This document shows positions 19,857 to 29,307 of a stretch of DNA of 64,000 nt, one piece after another (positions within the stretch are counted from its first letter, which is position 1; every line of letters begins with the position of its first letter). Under the pieces are notes generated by a model that worked only from the letters and a program-made list of their open reading frames with translations, was not told the origin of the DNA and searched no databases. The position numbers were made by a program, and so were the translations under genes. Source of the DNA: an uncultured virus (IMG/VR IMGVR_UViG_3300043447_000658) (lineage: Duplodnaviria; Heunggongvirae; Uroviricota; Caudoviricetes); IMG/VR virus record IMGVR_UViG_3300043447_000658, positions 1-64,000 of that record; one strand, written 5' to 3'.

Positions 19857-20048
19857 TTAATTTATGAAAATGTTTATTATCGATGTTAGTATATATGACA
19901 CAGCAAAATATAAAAACACTTGATTTGTTTTAGAAATATTCATCGGTTCAGGGTCGTCCTCTTTAAGTGTTAAGATAAACTCAAACACAAATTTTAAAGT
20001 GAACACCAAACTTAACACGAGGAGAAATAACTCAATTTTTATCATCAT
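19857..20048 (-). CDS. Small two-TM membrane protein
   Basis: Two hydrophobic segments in 63 aa. Confidence 0.65.
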   Translation of the reverse strand: MMIKIELFLLVLSLVFTLKFVFEFILTLKEDDPEPMNISKTNQVFLYFAVSYILTSIINIFIN

Positions 20049-20220
20049 ACTTTTTAATTTCTTCTAAAACTTCTCTTCTATACACACCAATCAATTGTTT
20101 GATTTCTTGTGCATATTTCCTTGCTCGAATAGACGCACTTCGATTACCCTTTTCGTAAACTTTTTGGGTATCAACAGACATTTTTTCAACCAAGTCTTTG
20201 ATTTTTTTTAAAGTCTCCAT
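20032..20220 (-). CDS. Hc1-family histone H1-like protein
   Basis: KVYEKGNRSASIRARK matches the KGNKAAGxRARK signature of short Hc1-like proteins. Confidence 0.75.
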   Translation of the reverse strand: METLKKIKDLVEKMSVDTQKVYEKGNRSASIRARKYAQEIKQLIGVYRREVLEEIKKYDDKN

Positions 20221-20241
20221 ATTATTATTCGGTTTTTAATA

Positions 20242-20273
20242 CTAATATAGAGGAAAAAATTCACTTTTTCAAG
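20242..20273 (-). promoter_or_regulatory. Bacteroidota-type -33/-7 promoter
   Basis: CTTG-N20-TATATTAG upstream of the Hc1-like gene. Confidence 0.45.
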
Positions 20274-20716
20274 TTTTGGTCTAACATTTTATAAAACTCG
20301 GTCAACATATCTAATTCCGACCTTGTTTTTCTGTAGTTAAAATTGAATAACTTATAAAAGTATTCACGTATTCTTATTATACCACCTTCAGAATCAGTGA
20401 TATAGAACGCCTCATAAAAGAATAACCATAGGTATTCATAGTGAGGACCTCTTTCTTTAAAAATAATATTTTCTTTTTGGAAATTTGTTATGAGTTTATC
20501 GAAACACCAAGTGAAGTGATTCTGTATGTCTTGTTGTGATAATAAGACATCATTACCCAAATAAGTTTCTTCAATTATATCTAATAACGATATTAAAAAA
20601 TCATAATATAACTCTGTTTTTTCCAGAGTTATATTATAAGCTTTATACCAAATATCTAATTGATTCTTGTTACTTTCAGATGTGACAAACTCAATATACC
20701 CTTCTGTATTCTCCAT
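20261..20716 (-). CDS. Hypothetical protein
   Basis: 151 aa ORF. Confidence 0.7.
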   Translation of the reverse strand: MENTEGYIEFVTSESNKNQLDIWYKAYNITLEKTELYYDFLISLLDIIEETYLGNDVLLSQQDIQNHFTWCFDKLITNFQKENIIFKERGPHYEYLWLFFYEAFYITDSEGGIIRIREYFYKLFNFNYRKTRSELDMLTEFYKMLDQNLKK

Positions 20717-20766
20717 ATCTTTACTACATTAAAATATAAAGATAAAAGAATAGAAAAAAAAGTAAA

Positions 20767-22185
20767 TTACTGAGTTTTCTTGTTATAGTTTGTCATATTT
20801 TTCATTCTCTGAATTTCTTCAGATACTAAACTTTTTGACATTTTTTTAGATTCGTTTACTTCAGTAGTCGGTGCAGGGTCCTTTTTATACATAGGTTCTG
20901 CCTTTCTTGTTTTCTTTTCTTTATCTATTGATTTAAAAATTTTCTCACCAACTTTACTTGGTGTAGTGTTTGCTGTGTCCTTTTGACCATTACCCATTTT
21001 AGAATCACCTTCTAATGCCATTCTCAATCTATCGATAAACTCTTTAGAAGGTTTATTATCATAATCTAAATCTTGTAGACCCTTACCTCTGTAAGTGTCA
21101 ACAAATTCTTCTTCATCACTAGTGTTTCTGTACGCTTCTTTATCTTCTTCAGCACCATTTTGATTTGGAAATTCAGAGTCTGTATTACCTGAAAAATTTA
21201 AATAATCATCAATCTTTTTTGTGCTATCTTTTAAATCTTGACCAGATGATTGTCCGTGTGATTTTTTAACCGCCTCTAAACCTGGTATTGATTCTAAAAC
21301 TAATTTACCAATTAAGTCGGTTAATTCTTTTTCAGTTAATCTTACTTTTTTCTTTTTTGATTCATTCATTTGCTTTGAACATTCATTACAACTACCATCT
21401 TCCATTAATGTATTTCCACATTGTTCACACATTTCTGAACCTTCATTCATTTCGCCCGAACATCCACTTCCTTCACACATACCTTCTTCTTCCTCTAATT
21501 GACTATACACTTCTTTAACGTCGTGAGTTTCACCATCAAAATCAAATGTATCTTCGCCTTTTTCTTTTGCGTCTAACATTGCTTTGATGTATCCATTACC
21601 TTCCATTGGTTGTTGATTTTCCATATTTTCTGTTTCTTTTTTCTTTTTTAATAAATGTGGTGCACATTCTCTTGCTAATGATTTAAGTATGTGTTTTGTT
21701 TCATTTTCACCCACACCTGTTGGCCAATCTAAGTCTTCACTATCGATTTTTGACATCATTTCATAATGTTCTTGTTCATCAATTTTTCCCATTTCTAACC
21801 ACTCATCTACTTTATTTTTTACTTCATCCATTGTGTCGTCGTAATTATCGTACATTCTCGGTTGACGAAACATTTCATTCAAATCAGTACTTTCTTTTTC
21901 TTCTAAAGATTGTGCAATCTCATCAAGATGGTCTATCATCTCTTGATATGAACCGTAAGTTTTTTTATCAATAAGTAATTTCTTTTTACCTTTTAACTCA
22001 CCATCTTTATTCTTTTCACAATAGTTCTTAGCCTCATCGAGGGTATCGAATGTTGCTAATGGTTCACCTTCACAAGTAACGTGGTATTTCACTCTTTTAG
22101 TTGTTCCTCCTTCGTTTGTGATAGCGTTTTTAACTTCTTCGTTTAAAACCTCATCAATGATATTTCTAATTTCTGTTGTTTTCAT
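20767..22185 (-). CDS. Acidic low-complexity protein, putative head-internal/scaffold-type
   Basis: 472 aa; many (L/M/V)xE motifs, two CxxC, KVRLTEKEL motif; upstream TATTTAT. Confidence 0.6.
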   Translation of the reverse strand: MKTTEIRNIIDEVLNEEVKNAITNEGGTTKRVKYHVTCEGEPLATFDTLDEAKNYCEKNKDGELKGKKKLLIDKKTYGSYQEMIDHLDEIAQSLEEKESTDLNEMFRQPRMYDNYDDTMDEVKNKVDEWLEMGKIDEQEHYEMMSKIDSEDLDWPTGVGENETKHILKSLARECAPHLLKKKKETENMENQQPMEGNGYIKAMLDAKEKGEDTFDFDGETHDVKEVYSQLEEEEGMCEGSGCSGEMNEGSEMCEQCGNTLMEDGSCNECSKQMNESKKKKVRLTEKELTDLIGKLVLESIPGLEAVKKSHGQSSGQDLKDSTKKIDDYLNFSGNTDSEFPNQNGAEEDKEAYRNTSDEEEFVDTYRGKGLQDLDYDNKPSKEFIDRLRMALEGDSKMGNGQKDTANTTPSKVGEKIFKSIDKEKKTRKAEPMYKKDPAPTTEVNESKKMSKSLVSEEIQRMKNMTNYNKKTQ

Positions 22186-22186
22186 A

Positions 22187-23635
22187 CTAAATAAATATAT
22201 CTTTAATTCCTTTTAATACAATTTTTTCAACCTCACCGATAGGTAATCCGTGTTTTTTTGCGGTATCTTCTATGGTTTCTCTCAGTATTTCAATTGCATT
22301 TATGTCTCCTTGGTTACAATATGGAAACTTTTTACACTTATCCTTAATTTTTATAAAAATTCCACCAGGTCCTCCGAACTTCGGGAATGATTTATCCTTA
22401 ACCGCTCTACTCTTACCAATACTTTCAGGACCATCAATCTTAAGTGGGTCCTTTCTACCACCTTTGGTTGTTGCACCAAACAATGGTACATCAAAAGCCG
22501 CCGCCGCAGAAATACCGGCGTCCATAGCTTCCTTTAAATCTTTCTTAGTAAATGACATTGGTGCTGAAAATGCTCCTGCCGATGCTGCTCCCGTCATTTC
22601 ATCAAAGTGAGTCATTGTAGGTTTGTTACCCTTTCCAACTTTAGGTTCTTCTTTCTCAGCTCTTCTTTTTTGTTGGGTCATTGCTTTCTTTTCATCTTTA
22701 TCATATGAAGACGCAACTTTAGGGGTGTCTTTAGAAACCTTTTTCGATGGTCTACATTTTGGATATGATTTACCGTCAGCGTCTTTTCTACCACAAGGTG
22801 GGTGTTTACCGTCTACCTTTTTACTAACATCTACCCATTTCTCTTTAAACCATCTTCTCAAATCTTCACTTAACTCTTCCGTAGATTCGTTCTTGGTTTT
22901 CTTTTTCTTCTTCCATCCTCCGCCTTTTGATTTGTACCATTTGGCCGCCCATCCATTAGCATAAGCACTTGGATACACATCAAATTTTGATTTGGCTAAA
23001 GATTTTGCTCTCGACCATAATGATGGGTTTGTTGGTTGGTTTTCACCTTCATTTATTTCTTCTGTGGATTCATTCTTAGGTTCAATTCCTTTCTCTTTCA
23101 TATTAATAGCAATCGCCGCCTGTTGTGCAGGACTACTTGCCTCATTAGTTGGGACACAATTAGGAACCATTTTACCGTTCTTCATTTTACCACCAACTTG
23201 TTTATAACCTTTCCAACAATCCTCTTCAATCGAAATTTCTTCACCAAGAGATTCTTCAGAATCATTATAATCCCAACCGGGTGCTTGAACTACCCAAATC
23301 TTAGGGTCGTGACCTATTCTAACTAATCCCGCTAATCTGGTGTTACCACCCAATAAATCATATTCGAAATCATTAAATTTAACGGCAATAGGTACTTCAA
23401 TTACACCTGTTTTATAATCCTCAATAAATCTCTGTTTTTTATCTTTTTCTAATGAATCAAAATCTAAATTAACATTCCCAAGAACATCCTTAATGTTTGA
23501 ATATCTCACAACACTTCCATTTGGTGCAAGTTCTAACCATCCTGATTTCCCTATATCCTGAAATTCAGGATATCTGTTAGCTTCTAACCATTCTCGGTTG
23601 AAGTTGGGTTTTCTATATTTTAATTTATCTAACAT
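22187..23635 (-). CDS. Modular protein: ParB/Srx-like N-terminus plus several small basic modules separated by acidic spacers
   Basis: LLGGNTRL; CWKGYKQVG...VPNCVP; PSAYANGW...YKSKGGGW; LRRWFKEKWVD...YPKCRP. Confidence 0.65.
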   Translation of the reverse strand: MLDKLKYRKPNFNREWLEANRYPEFQDIGKSGWLELAPNGSVVRYSNIKDVLGNVNLDFDSLEKDKKQRFIEDYKTGVIEVPIAVKFNDFEYDLLGGNTRLAGLVRIGHDPKIWVVQAPGWDYNDSEESLGEEISIEEDCWKGYKQVGGKMKNGKMVPNCVPTNEASSPAQQAAIAINMKEKGIEPKNESTEEINEGENQPTNPSLWSRAKSLAKSKFDVYPSAYANGWAAKWYKSKGGGWKKKKKTKNESTEELSEDLRRWFKEKWVDVSKKVDGKHPPCGRKDADGKSYPKCRPSKKVSKDTPKVASSYDKDEKKAMTQQKRRAEKEEPKVGKGNKPTMTHFDEMTGAASAGAFSAPMSFTKKDLKEAMDAGISAAAAFDVPLFGATTKGGRKDPLKIDGPESIGKSRAVKDKSFPKFGGPGGIFIKIKDKCKKFPYCNQGDINAIEILRETIEDTAKKHGLPIGEVEKIVLKGIKDIFI

Positions 23636-23864
23636 TTTTTAATGATGATTCCCAAAAAGACTTTCTTTGCCATAGAGTCTTGAATAATTCAACTACAACC
23701 TTAGTTGATAGGTCGACGATTTTATCGTCAATTTTTTTGGTACCCAATTCTTTTTGGATGACTTTGATAACTATATTATGAGCCTGAGTCGTATCAAGAA
23801 AGTCTTTCATCTCTTTTCTCGCAATTCTTTCTACTTCGGCTTTATCTGCTGCTGTAAGTGGCAT
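23625..23864 (-). CDS. Hypothetical protein
   Basis: 79 aa ORF in operon. Confidence 0.7.
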   Translation of the reverse strand: MPLTAADKAEVERIARKEMKDFLDTTQAHNIVIKVIQKELGTKKIDDKIVDLSTKVVVELFKTLWQRKSFWESSLKNVR

Positions 23865-23865
23865 A

Positions 23866-24405
23866 TTAGTTTTGTCTTCTTGTTAAAATTAAGTTATTCA
23901 TTTCATCAGTGAATTTCATTTCAAACCTCTTGAGTTTATTTAAAATCTCCATAACCTCATCACTTAATTTCAATAATGAAGCGTTTGAAACGTATACACC
24001 ATTATCGTCACCAGCCGACAATGTGAAATTTATATTGAAATTACCAATAACACCTTCTAATTTTACACTATCAGGATAAACCATCATTTGGCCAAGTTCA
24101 GCAATTTCTGAAACCTCATTACGAAACGCATCAATAAGAGCGGAAAGTTTTGTCTTCTCGTCATCTTTTAGTTGTAAATCTTGGGTATCGGTAGAATTGA
24201 AACGTACTTCGACACCATTCACAATTGTGAAGTCCTTCTTCTCATCACCCCCACCTTGTTGTGGTTGTGGATTGGTTGGAGTAGGGTTAGTACCTAATTC
24301 AGCTTGTTCTCTAAGGTTTCTATTTGAGGTAGGTTTGTTGAATTTTCTCATAGTATTCAACATACCTTTTATCTCGTCGTAACTATTTGTTGTATTCTTT
24401 TGCAT
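23866..24405 (-). CDS. Hypothetical protein, possibly head-associated
   Basis: 179 aa ORF; LRE motif followed by a P/Q linker. Confidence 0.7.
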   Translation of the reverse strand: MQKNTTNSYDEIKGMLNTMRKFNKPTSNRNLREQAELGTNPTPTNPQPQQGGGDEKKDFTIVNGVEVRFNSTDTQDLQLKDDEKTKLSALIDAFRNEVSEIAELGQMMVYPDSVKLEGVIGNFNINFTLSAGDDNGVYVSNASLLKLSDEVMEILNKLKRFEMKFTDEMNNLILTRRQN

Positions 24406-25000
24406 CGCTATAAAATATTCTAAAATCGAATGATGGGTTTATATCTGTATAAATATTCAGAAAGTTGGATTTACATACAATTCCCTTGAATTTTGTTAAG
24501 TTTTCGATATAACCCTGCGATGGTACCGTATGGTAGGGGATGTTATGTTCGTCACATAGTACTGAACATAGGTTAACAAGTGCGGATTTTTGTTCTTCGG
24601 TGTACTTATCCCAAAAATAATGGTTTCTCCAATTTCTTATATGTGGGTCGGTTCTGTAGGGGTCACCAATCCAATTATTAAGAAATCCCGTGATGGTGTT
24701 TTTGTTCAACCATCCGAGATTCTCCATAGCTATCTTAATCTGTTTCTTATCGACATTAGAGTCGTTAAAAGTGTTTGAGCTATACTTTGTATCAAACAAC
24801 TGATAAACCACCCCCATTTTGGTTATAATGAAGTGTGGGATGTCTTCATACTTACCATTTTTCCTGTGTTTTAATTTCAAAATGAAATTGTCCACTCTTC
24901 TTTTGGTGTCGTATAATAGAATTTGTGTTTTTTTACTACGTTTTCTTACAATATTTAACTTACTCTTATCGAGAATTTCTACGTCTTGAATTTCCGACAT
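24383..25000 (-). CDS. N-acetylmuramoyl-L-alanine amidase-fold (Amidase_2/PGRP-like) protein, apparently lacking Zn ligands
   Basis: HFIITKMGVVYQL, IAMENLG, YTEEQKSAL..L, DINP motifs; LLYDT and IVCKSN where His is expected. Confidence 0.65.
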   Translation of the reverse strand: MSEIQDVEILDKSKLNIVRKRSKKTQILLYDTKRRVDNFILKLKHRKNGKYEDIPHFIITKMGVVYQLFDTKYSSNTFNDSNVDKKQIKIAMENLGWLNKNTITGFLNNWIGDPYRTDPHIRNWRNHYFWDKYTEEQKSALVNLCSVLCDEHNIPYHTVPSQGYIENLTKFKGIVCKSNFLNIYTDINPSFDFRIFYSDAKEYNK

Positions 25001-25232
25001 TTCTTCTGAATGTTTTTCTAGCAGGATTTAGGGTCTGTTCTTCAATAATTGAATCGTCGTCTGATGTTGGGACAATTACTCTATCATTATCTAAATCATA
25101 TATTATTTGGAGAGGGTTGGTCTCATCCGACTCTAAATAGAGCTCATCAAATTCCTCCGAGGTCGTAGGGGATGGTGTCGATAAAAATGTGGTTTCCGAC
25201 TCTTCTTCTAACTCTCCTGAACTTTTTTTTTT
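24966..25232 (-). other. Start-less -1 frame ORF (85 aa) reachable by frameshift at an A10 run
   Basis: Frame open from 25223 to TAA at 24966, bounded upstream by TGA at 25242-25244, no ATG/GTG/TTG. Confidence 0.6.
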
Positions 25233-26632
25233 AACTCCTCTTCATCTTGAGAAGGGATTTCGGGAGTTGGTTCAATCCAATCGTTGGAAACTTGTACCTC
25301 TTCAATTAAAGGAGGGACATTAATTAAAGACATTGCGTCTTCCATTATCTTATTTATGTCGTCAATTTCTTTATTATCAGATTGATAAACAGGTTCATCA
25401 CTTACCACATTTACCGAAATGTCAAATGATTCCTCAACCTCATCTTCAATTGATTGTTGATTGAACTCATTTATTGCGTCTGTTAAAAACTCATCACTAT
25501 CTAAAAGTCTCTCGTACTCATTTTGATTCATTTCCATAATTTCTTCATCAGATAATGATGGAATATATTCATCTTGTTGGAAAATATTCTCCGTTTCAGG
25601 GGTTATAGTGGAAAAATTTTCTTGAATTTCTTCTTCTGTTGGTTCTTCTTGGAAAATTTCTTCGTCTTCCAACCCATCCATTAAGGTTATATCCCAATCT
25701 GAAATATTATCATCAGGTAATTCTTCAGTCATTTCAAATGCCTCGTCAGGTCCAATTGTAAAATCATCACTAACAACAGGTTCTTTAATCATTGGGTTAT
25801 CGAATGGTTCGTCATATAAACCTAACTCTTGGTCATTCTTCATCATCTCCTCCAAAATTTCCTTTTGTTGTTCTTTAAATTCATTAGTGTAAACGGGACG
25901 AGTATATTCCTCATCGTATTCAACCTCTTTAGGAAATATTGACGGCTTTTCTACTTTGACCTCAACATCGAAATCTTGGATGTGTGTGTGGTTTTCTTTA
26001 ACTTTTTCACTATATCTCTTAGCAGCCTCTTTTAATTTTTCATTTGGTTCTTGTGGATTTAATAAAGCATCCTCCAAAATCTTTAAATCTGCTTCCGATA
26101 AGTGTACTCTTGCAATTTCACTTGGGTCGATGGTATCTTTAACATCTTCTTTAACTTCTTTAAGTCTATCTTCTTCGGTGAATTTAACCAACATATGTAG
26201 GAATGATAAAGATATGATTGGTAACATACCACCAGCAAAAAATGCTAAGAATCTTTTGTGTCCAACAAAATCAGTTGGTTCCACACCCATAAATTCCACA
26301 AGTGGTGAAACTAAACCAACCCAATCTTTAAATGACTGACTGTTAATGTCTATGTATGAGTACGCAAAAAATATGTTACCGATAAATTGGATTATGGTAA
26401 CGATTAAGAAGGGGAAATAAACCTTCTTACCCATATTTGCGGAAATTGCTGCTAATGCGGATAATGCGGCGATTTCAATTCCAATTGATAAGTAAACCGA
26501 CCAAGTTACAGGATTTGAAATTCCGTACCATTTAGTTACGTGGGAAATTGAGACAATTGCCACGGTAATGATAGGTATTAAAAACGCGGTAATAATTAAT
26601 GTCTTATAATTTTTATTAATCCAATGTTTCAT
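25208..26632 (-). CDS. Multi-pass membrane protein with a long acidic C-terminal tail
   Basis: About four hydrophobic helices in the first 150 aa, then D/E-rich. Confidence 0.75.
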   Translation of the reverse strand: MKHWINKNYKTLIITAFLIPIITVAIVSISHVTKWYGISNPVTWSVYLSIGIEIAALSALAAISANMGKKVYFPFLIVTIIQFIGNIFFAYSYIDINSQSFKDWVGLVSPLVEFMGVEPTDFVGHKRFLAFFAGGMLPIISLSFLHMLVKFTEEDRLKEVKEDVKDTIDPSEIARVHLSEADLKILEDALLNPQEPNEKLKEAAKRYSEKVKENHTHIQDFDVEVKVEKPSIFPKEVEYDEEYTRPVYTNEFKEQQKEILEEMMKNDQELGLYDEPFDNPMIKEPVVSDDFTIGPDEAFEMTEELPDDNISDWDITLMDGLEDEEIFQEEPTEEEIQENFSTITPETENIFQQDEYIPSLSDEEIMEMNQNEYERLLDSDEFLTDAINEFNQQSIEDEVEESFDISVNVVSDEPVYQSDNKEIDDINKIMEDAMSLINVPPLIEEVQVSNDWIEPTPEIPSQDEEELKKKVQES

Positions 26633-26914
26633 TTATCGTTGTCTAAGTTTTTTTATTTCTTCCTCAATTTGAGTTTGTCTTTGTACATCTAAAATTTTTC
26701 TATCTGTGGCTTGAATCATTCTTTTTTCAGCCTCTAAACCCATAATTTTTAATTCTACATTCAATTCCTGTTTTGTGTATGTTGAATCTTTAATTGCTTG
26801 GATGTCTTTTCTTGTTTTGGACAATTCACGACTATCACTACAACCTTTAAAAAATGTTAATACTGCAATTACTAACACAATAACAGTGAAATTATTTTCT
26901 ACGAACTTTTTCAT
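26633..26914 (-). CDS. Membrane-anchored coiled-coil protein, possible lipoprotein
   Basis: Hydrophobic N-terminus ending in FKG-C. Confidence 0.6.
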   Translation of the reverse strand: MKKFVENNFTVIVLVIAVLTFFKGCSDSRELSKTRKDIQAIKDSTYTKQELNVELKIMGLEAEKRMIQATDRKILDVQRQTQIEEEIKKLRQR

Positions 26915-26924
26915 TTTTTATAAT

Positions 26925-27734
26925 TTATAAATAGTTTATTAACGAATAACTCTCGTTTCTGAGTTTCTTTATAGCCTTATCTTTAAGCTGTCTGATTCTT
27001 TCTTTGGTACAATTGAATTCTTCTCCGAGGTCTTCTAAGTTGGATTCAACACCATTTAAACCAAAATACTTTTCAATGATTACTTTCTCTCTGTCATCTA
27101 AAACACTCAACACTCTTTCAACTCTTTTTCTAATTTCTTCTTTAGTGTTAAGAATGTCTTCGGGGTTATCTTGGTTCGGATTCTTAATTACATCAATTAA
27201 TTGGTCACCCTCATCATTAATTTCGTCATATAACCCAACACAATATGGTAAACTACTACTTGTTGGTTCGTCTGTGTATTTGATATAATAACTTTCTTCA
27301 TCATTATATTCTTTTTTGGCCTTTTGTGCTTCCTGAACAAGATTAGAAGGTATTCTAATTGTTCTAGCGTTTTCATTTAGAGACGCCATAATGGATTGTT
27401 TTACCCACCATACAGCATACGAAATAAACTTAACTCCTGATGTAGGGTCAAATCTTTCAATTGCTTTCAATAGTCCAATATTTCCTTCAGATATAATGTC
27501 TAATAAATCTAATCCTTGGTTTTGATACGATTTAGAAACTGAGACGACGAATCGTAAATTACCCACAACTAACTCTTCTTTCATAGCCTCAAGTTCTTCT
27601 TTTGGAAGTTCTTTCTTTATTAGTTGTTCAAAAATTTCGTCTTGTCTTTGGTGTGTAATTACTGGTATCTTTTTTAAATCTTTAAGATACTGTTGGATTT
27701 CCTCCGTGTTGATGATGATGTGTTTTTTGGCCAT
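26925..27734 (-). CDS. Sigma-70 family sigma factor resembling Bacteroidota RpoD (no region 1.1)
   Basis: NLRFVVSVSKSYQNQGL, SEGNIGLLKAIERFD, KFISYAVWW, ERIRQLKDKA. Confidence 0.92.
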   Translation of the reverse strand: MAKKHIIINTEEIQQYLKDLKKIPVITHQRQDEIFEQLIKKELPKEELEAMKEELVVGNLRFVVSVSKSYQNQGLDLLDIISEGNIGLLKAIERFDPTSGVKFISYAVWWVKQSIMASLNENARTIRIPSNLVQEAQKAKKEYNDEESYYIKYTDEPTSSSLPYCVGLYDEINDEGDQLIDVIKNPNQDNPEDILNTKEEIRKRVERVLSVLDDREKVIIEKYFGLNGVESNLEDLGEEFNCTKERIRQLKDKAIKKLRNESYSLINYL

Positions 27735-27754
27735 TAGAGTAAGTTTAGATACTC

Positions 27755-27785
27755 TAAAGATAACTAAAATATTTTAATTTTCAAA
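27755..27785 (-). promoter_or_regulatory. Bacteroidota-type -33/-7 promoter of the sigma gene
   Basis: TTTG-N19-TATCTTTA. Confidence 0.6.
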
Positions 27786-28238
27786 ATTATCAAGAAAGTT
27801 TTTTTCCTCAGGTGTTAATGACGATACACCCATTTTTTCAATTTTGTCCAATATATCGTCCAATGTAAAAGAAGGGGTTTCGTCTTTTTTGGGTCTGTAG
27901 AAATCCACCTTCATAATGTTAATTTCCTCGTTTTCCACGGGTTTAAAGATAAAATCCTTCATACTCTCAGGTATGTGTGCGGTTACCAATTTTTCTCTCT
28001 CAAAAAGAAAATAAAACTTAACAAATTCCGGAGTTAAAAAGGAATATAATTCTTTAGCTAATTCTAATTTTTCTTTATATGAATCAAAAATAATAATAAT
28101 ATTTTGATTATTTTCTATAATATATTTTACTGAAAGGATTGATTCACTTGGGAATACGTCGGAACAGAAGAACTCAATATCTTCGCGGTCCTCAAAATTA
28201 CCATATACAAATAAAATATAGGTATTCATTATAAACAA
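27774..28238 (-). CDS. Hypothetical protein with a C-terminal DUF6576-like helical motif
   Basis: LDDILDKIEKMGVSSLTPEEKNFL. Confidence 0.6.
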   Translation of the reverse strand: MFIMNTYILFVYGNFEDREDIEFFCSDVFPSESILSVKYIIENNQNIIIIFDSYKEKLELAKELYSFLTPEFVKFYFLFEREKLVTAHIPESMKDFIFKPVENEEINIMKVDFYRPKKDETPSFTLDDILDKIEKMGVSSLTPEEKNFLDNFEN

Positions 28239-28247
28239 ATAAAAGTT

Positions 28248-28889
28248 TTACTTTTTTAATTTAATTTTCCAATAAACTCCACCGTCTACGTAAGGTGTGA
28301 ATTGACCACTTGTACCATCTAAAAGTCGATTAGCAACTCCTAACCCAACGTGGAATATCTTATCTTCTTTTGTTTTGTACATTAACCCTGTCCCAATGTG
28401 TGATACCACATTACTCTTATTTAAACCACCATTAAATCCAAAAAACATTTGACCTTTCTTAGGTTCCTTAGTATAAATGGTATCCTTAACAATCATTTGT
28501 TTTATATCACTAATGAATTTTCGGTTTACAATACTATTTTTTGAGATGGTATCGGTTATGGTTACTGTACCTACGTTATTTGGTAATGTTAAAACTTCTT
28601 TGTGTTCTATTTTTGCAAAATATACTTTCAATATTTCATTTGTGTCTACCGGTGTTAAAACAGGTACTTCAATTCTTTTCTCGACTTCAATCTCAACAGG
28701 AACTTCTATCTCTACCTCAACTTCAACTAAACTATCAATGGTAACTGTATCAGAAACCGCATAGGGTATTGAGTCTAATTTTAAAACTGTTCTGTTGGGT
28801 AGATGTCCGCCGGGATTAAAAAATGCCAAGAATAATAAAATTATTAGAATAACAATTATAAAATTCTTGGCGTTAAGATGTTTCTTCAT
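28248..28889 (-). CDS. Membrane-anchored envelope protein with a beta-rich C-terminus, possibly a lysis accessory
   Basis: N-terminal TM, DTV/DTI repeats, GGVYWKI terminus. Confidence 0.6.
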   Translation of the reverse strand: MKKHLNAKNFIIVILIILLFLAFFNPGGHLPNRTVLKLDSIPYAVSDTVTIDSLVEVEVEIEVPVEIEVEKRIEVPVLTPVDTNEILKVYFAKIEHKEVLTLPNNVGTVTITDTISKNSIVNRKFISDIKQMIVKDTIYTKEPKKGQMFFGFNGGLNKSNVVSHIGTGLMYKTKEDKIFHVGLGVANRLLDGTSGQFTPYVDGGVYWKIKLKK

Positions 28890-28890
28890 T

Positions 28891-29307
28891 TTACTTTAAT
28901 AAAAGCATCGATGTTGCTATTACACCAACAAATGAACCGACTTTAAAAAGAAATGTCTTTCTTCTTTGACCTTTAAGTTCTTTTAATAGACTTTCAGATT
29001 TCGCACGTTCCAAATCGAATTGTTGGTCTTTTTTGGTTATTATTAATTCAAGATTAGAAATTTTTTGGTCTTTAAGTGTATCTTTTTGTTTAAACAAATT
29101 GATTTGTTCATCCTTAAGTCCAATAACCTTGTTAAGTTCATTTATTTCAATAACTGCACCATCACCTTTGATTAGGTCTTTAATTACCAATTTTGCAACA
29201 GGTACCTTTAAAGGAACTAAAGTATCAATATTGGTCTTTGTAACGGTCTGTGAAAAACTTTTCAAGGTCACTAAAGTTATAATTGTTAACAGAATCAATT
29301 TTTTCAT
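28891..29307 (-). CDS. Signal-peptide coiled-coil protein with a C-terminal hydrophobic helix (spanin-like candidate)
   Basis: MKKLILL...SFS-Q signal; overlaps the upstream gene by 83 nt. Confidence 0.6.
   Translation of the reverse strand: MKKLILLTIITLVTLKSFSQTVTKTNIDTLVPLKVPVAKLVIKDLIKGDGAVIEINELNKVIGLKDEQINLFKQKDTLKDQKISNLELIITKKDQQFDLERAKSESLLKELKGQRRKTFLFKVGSFVGVIATSMLLLK

Noticed and set aside
24925..25140. 71 aa plus-strand ORF
   Set aside because: Antisense to the frameshift extension and the amidase start; no supporting signals
25130..25210. TAG read-through of the 474 aa gene
   Set aside because: The zero frame reaches another TAG after about 25 codons, whereas the -1 frame fills the whole gap
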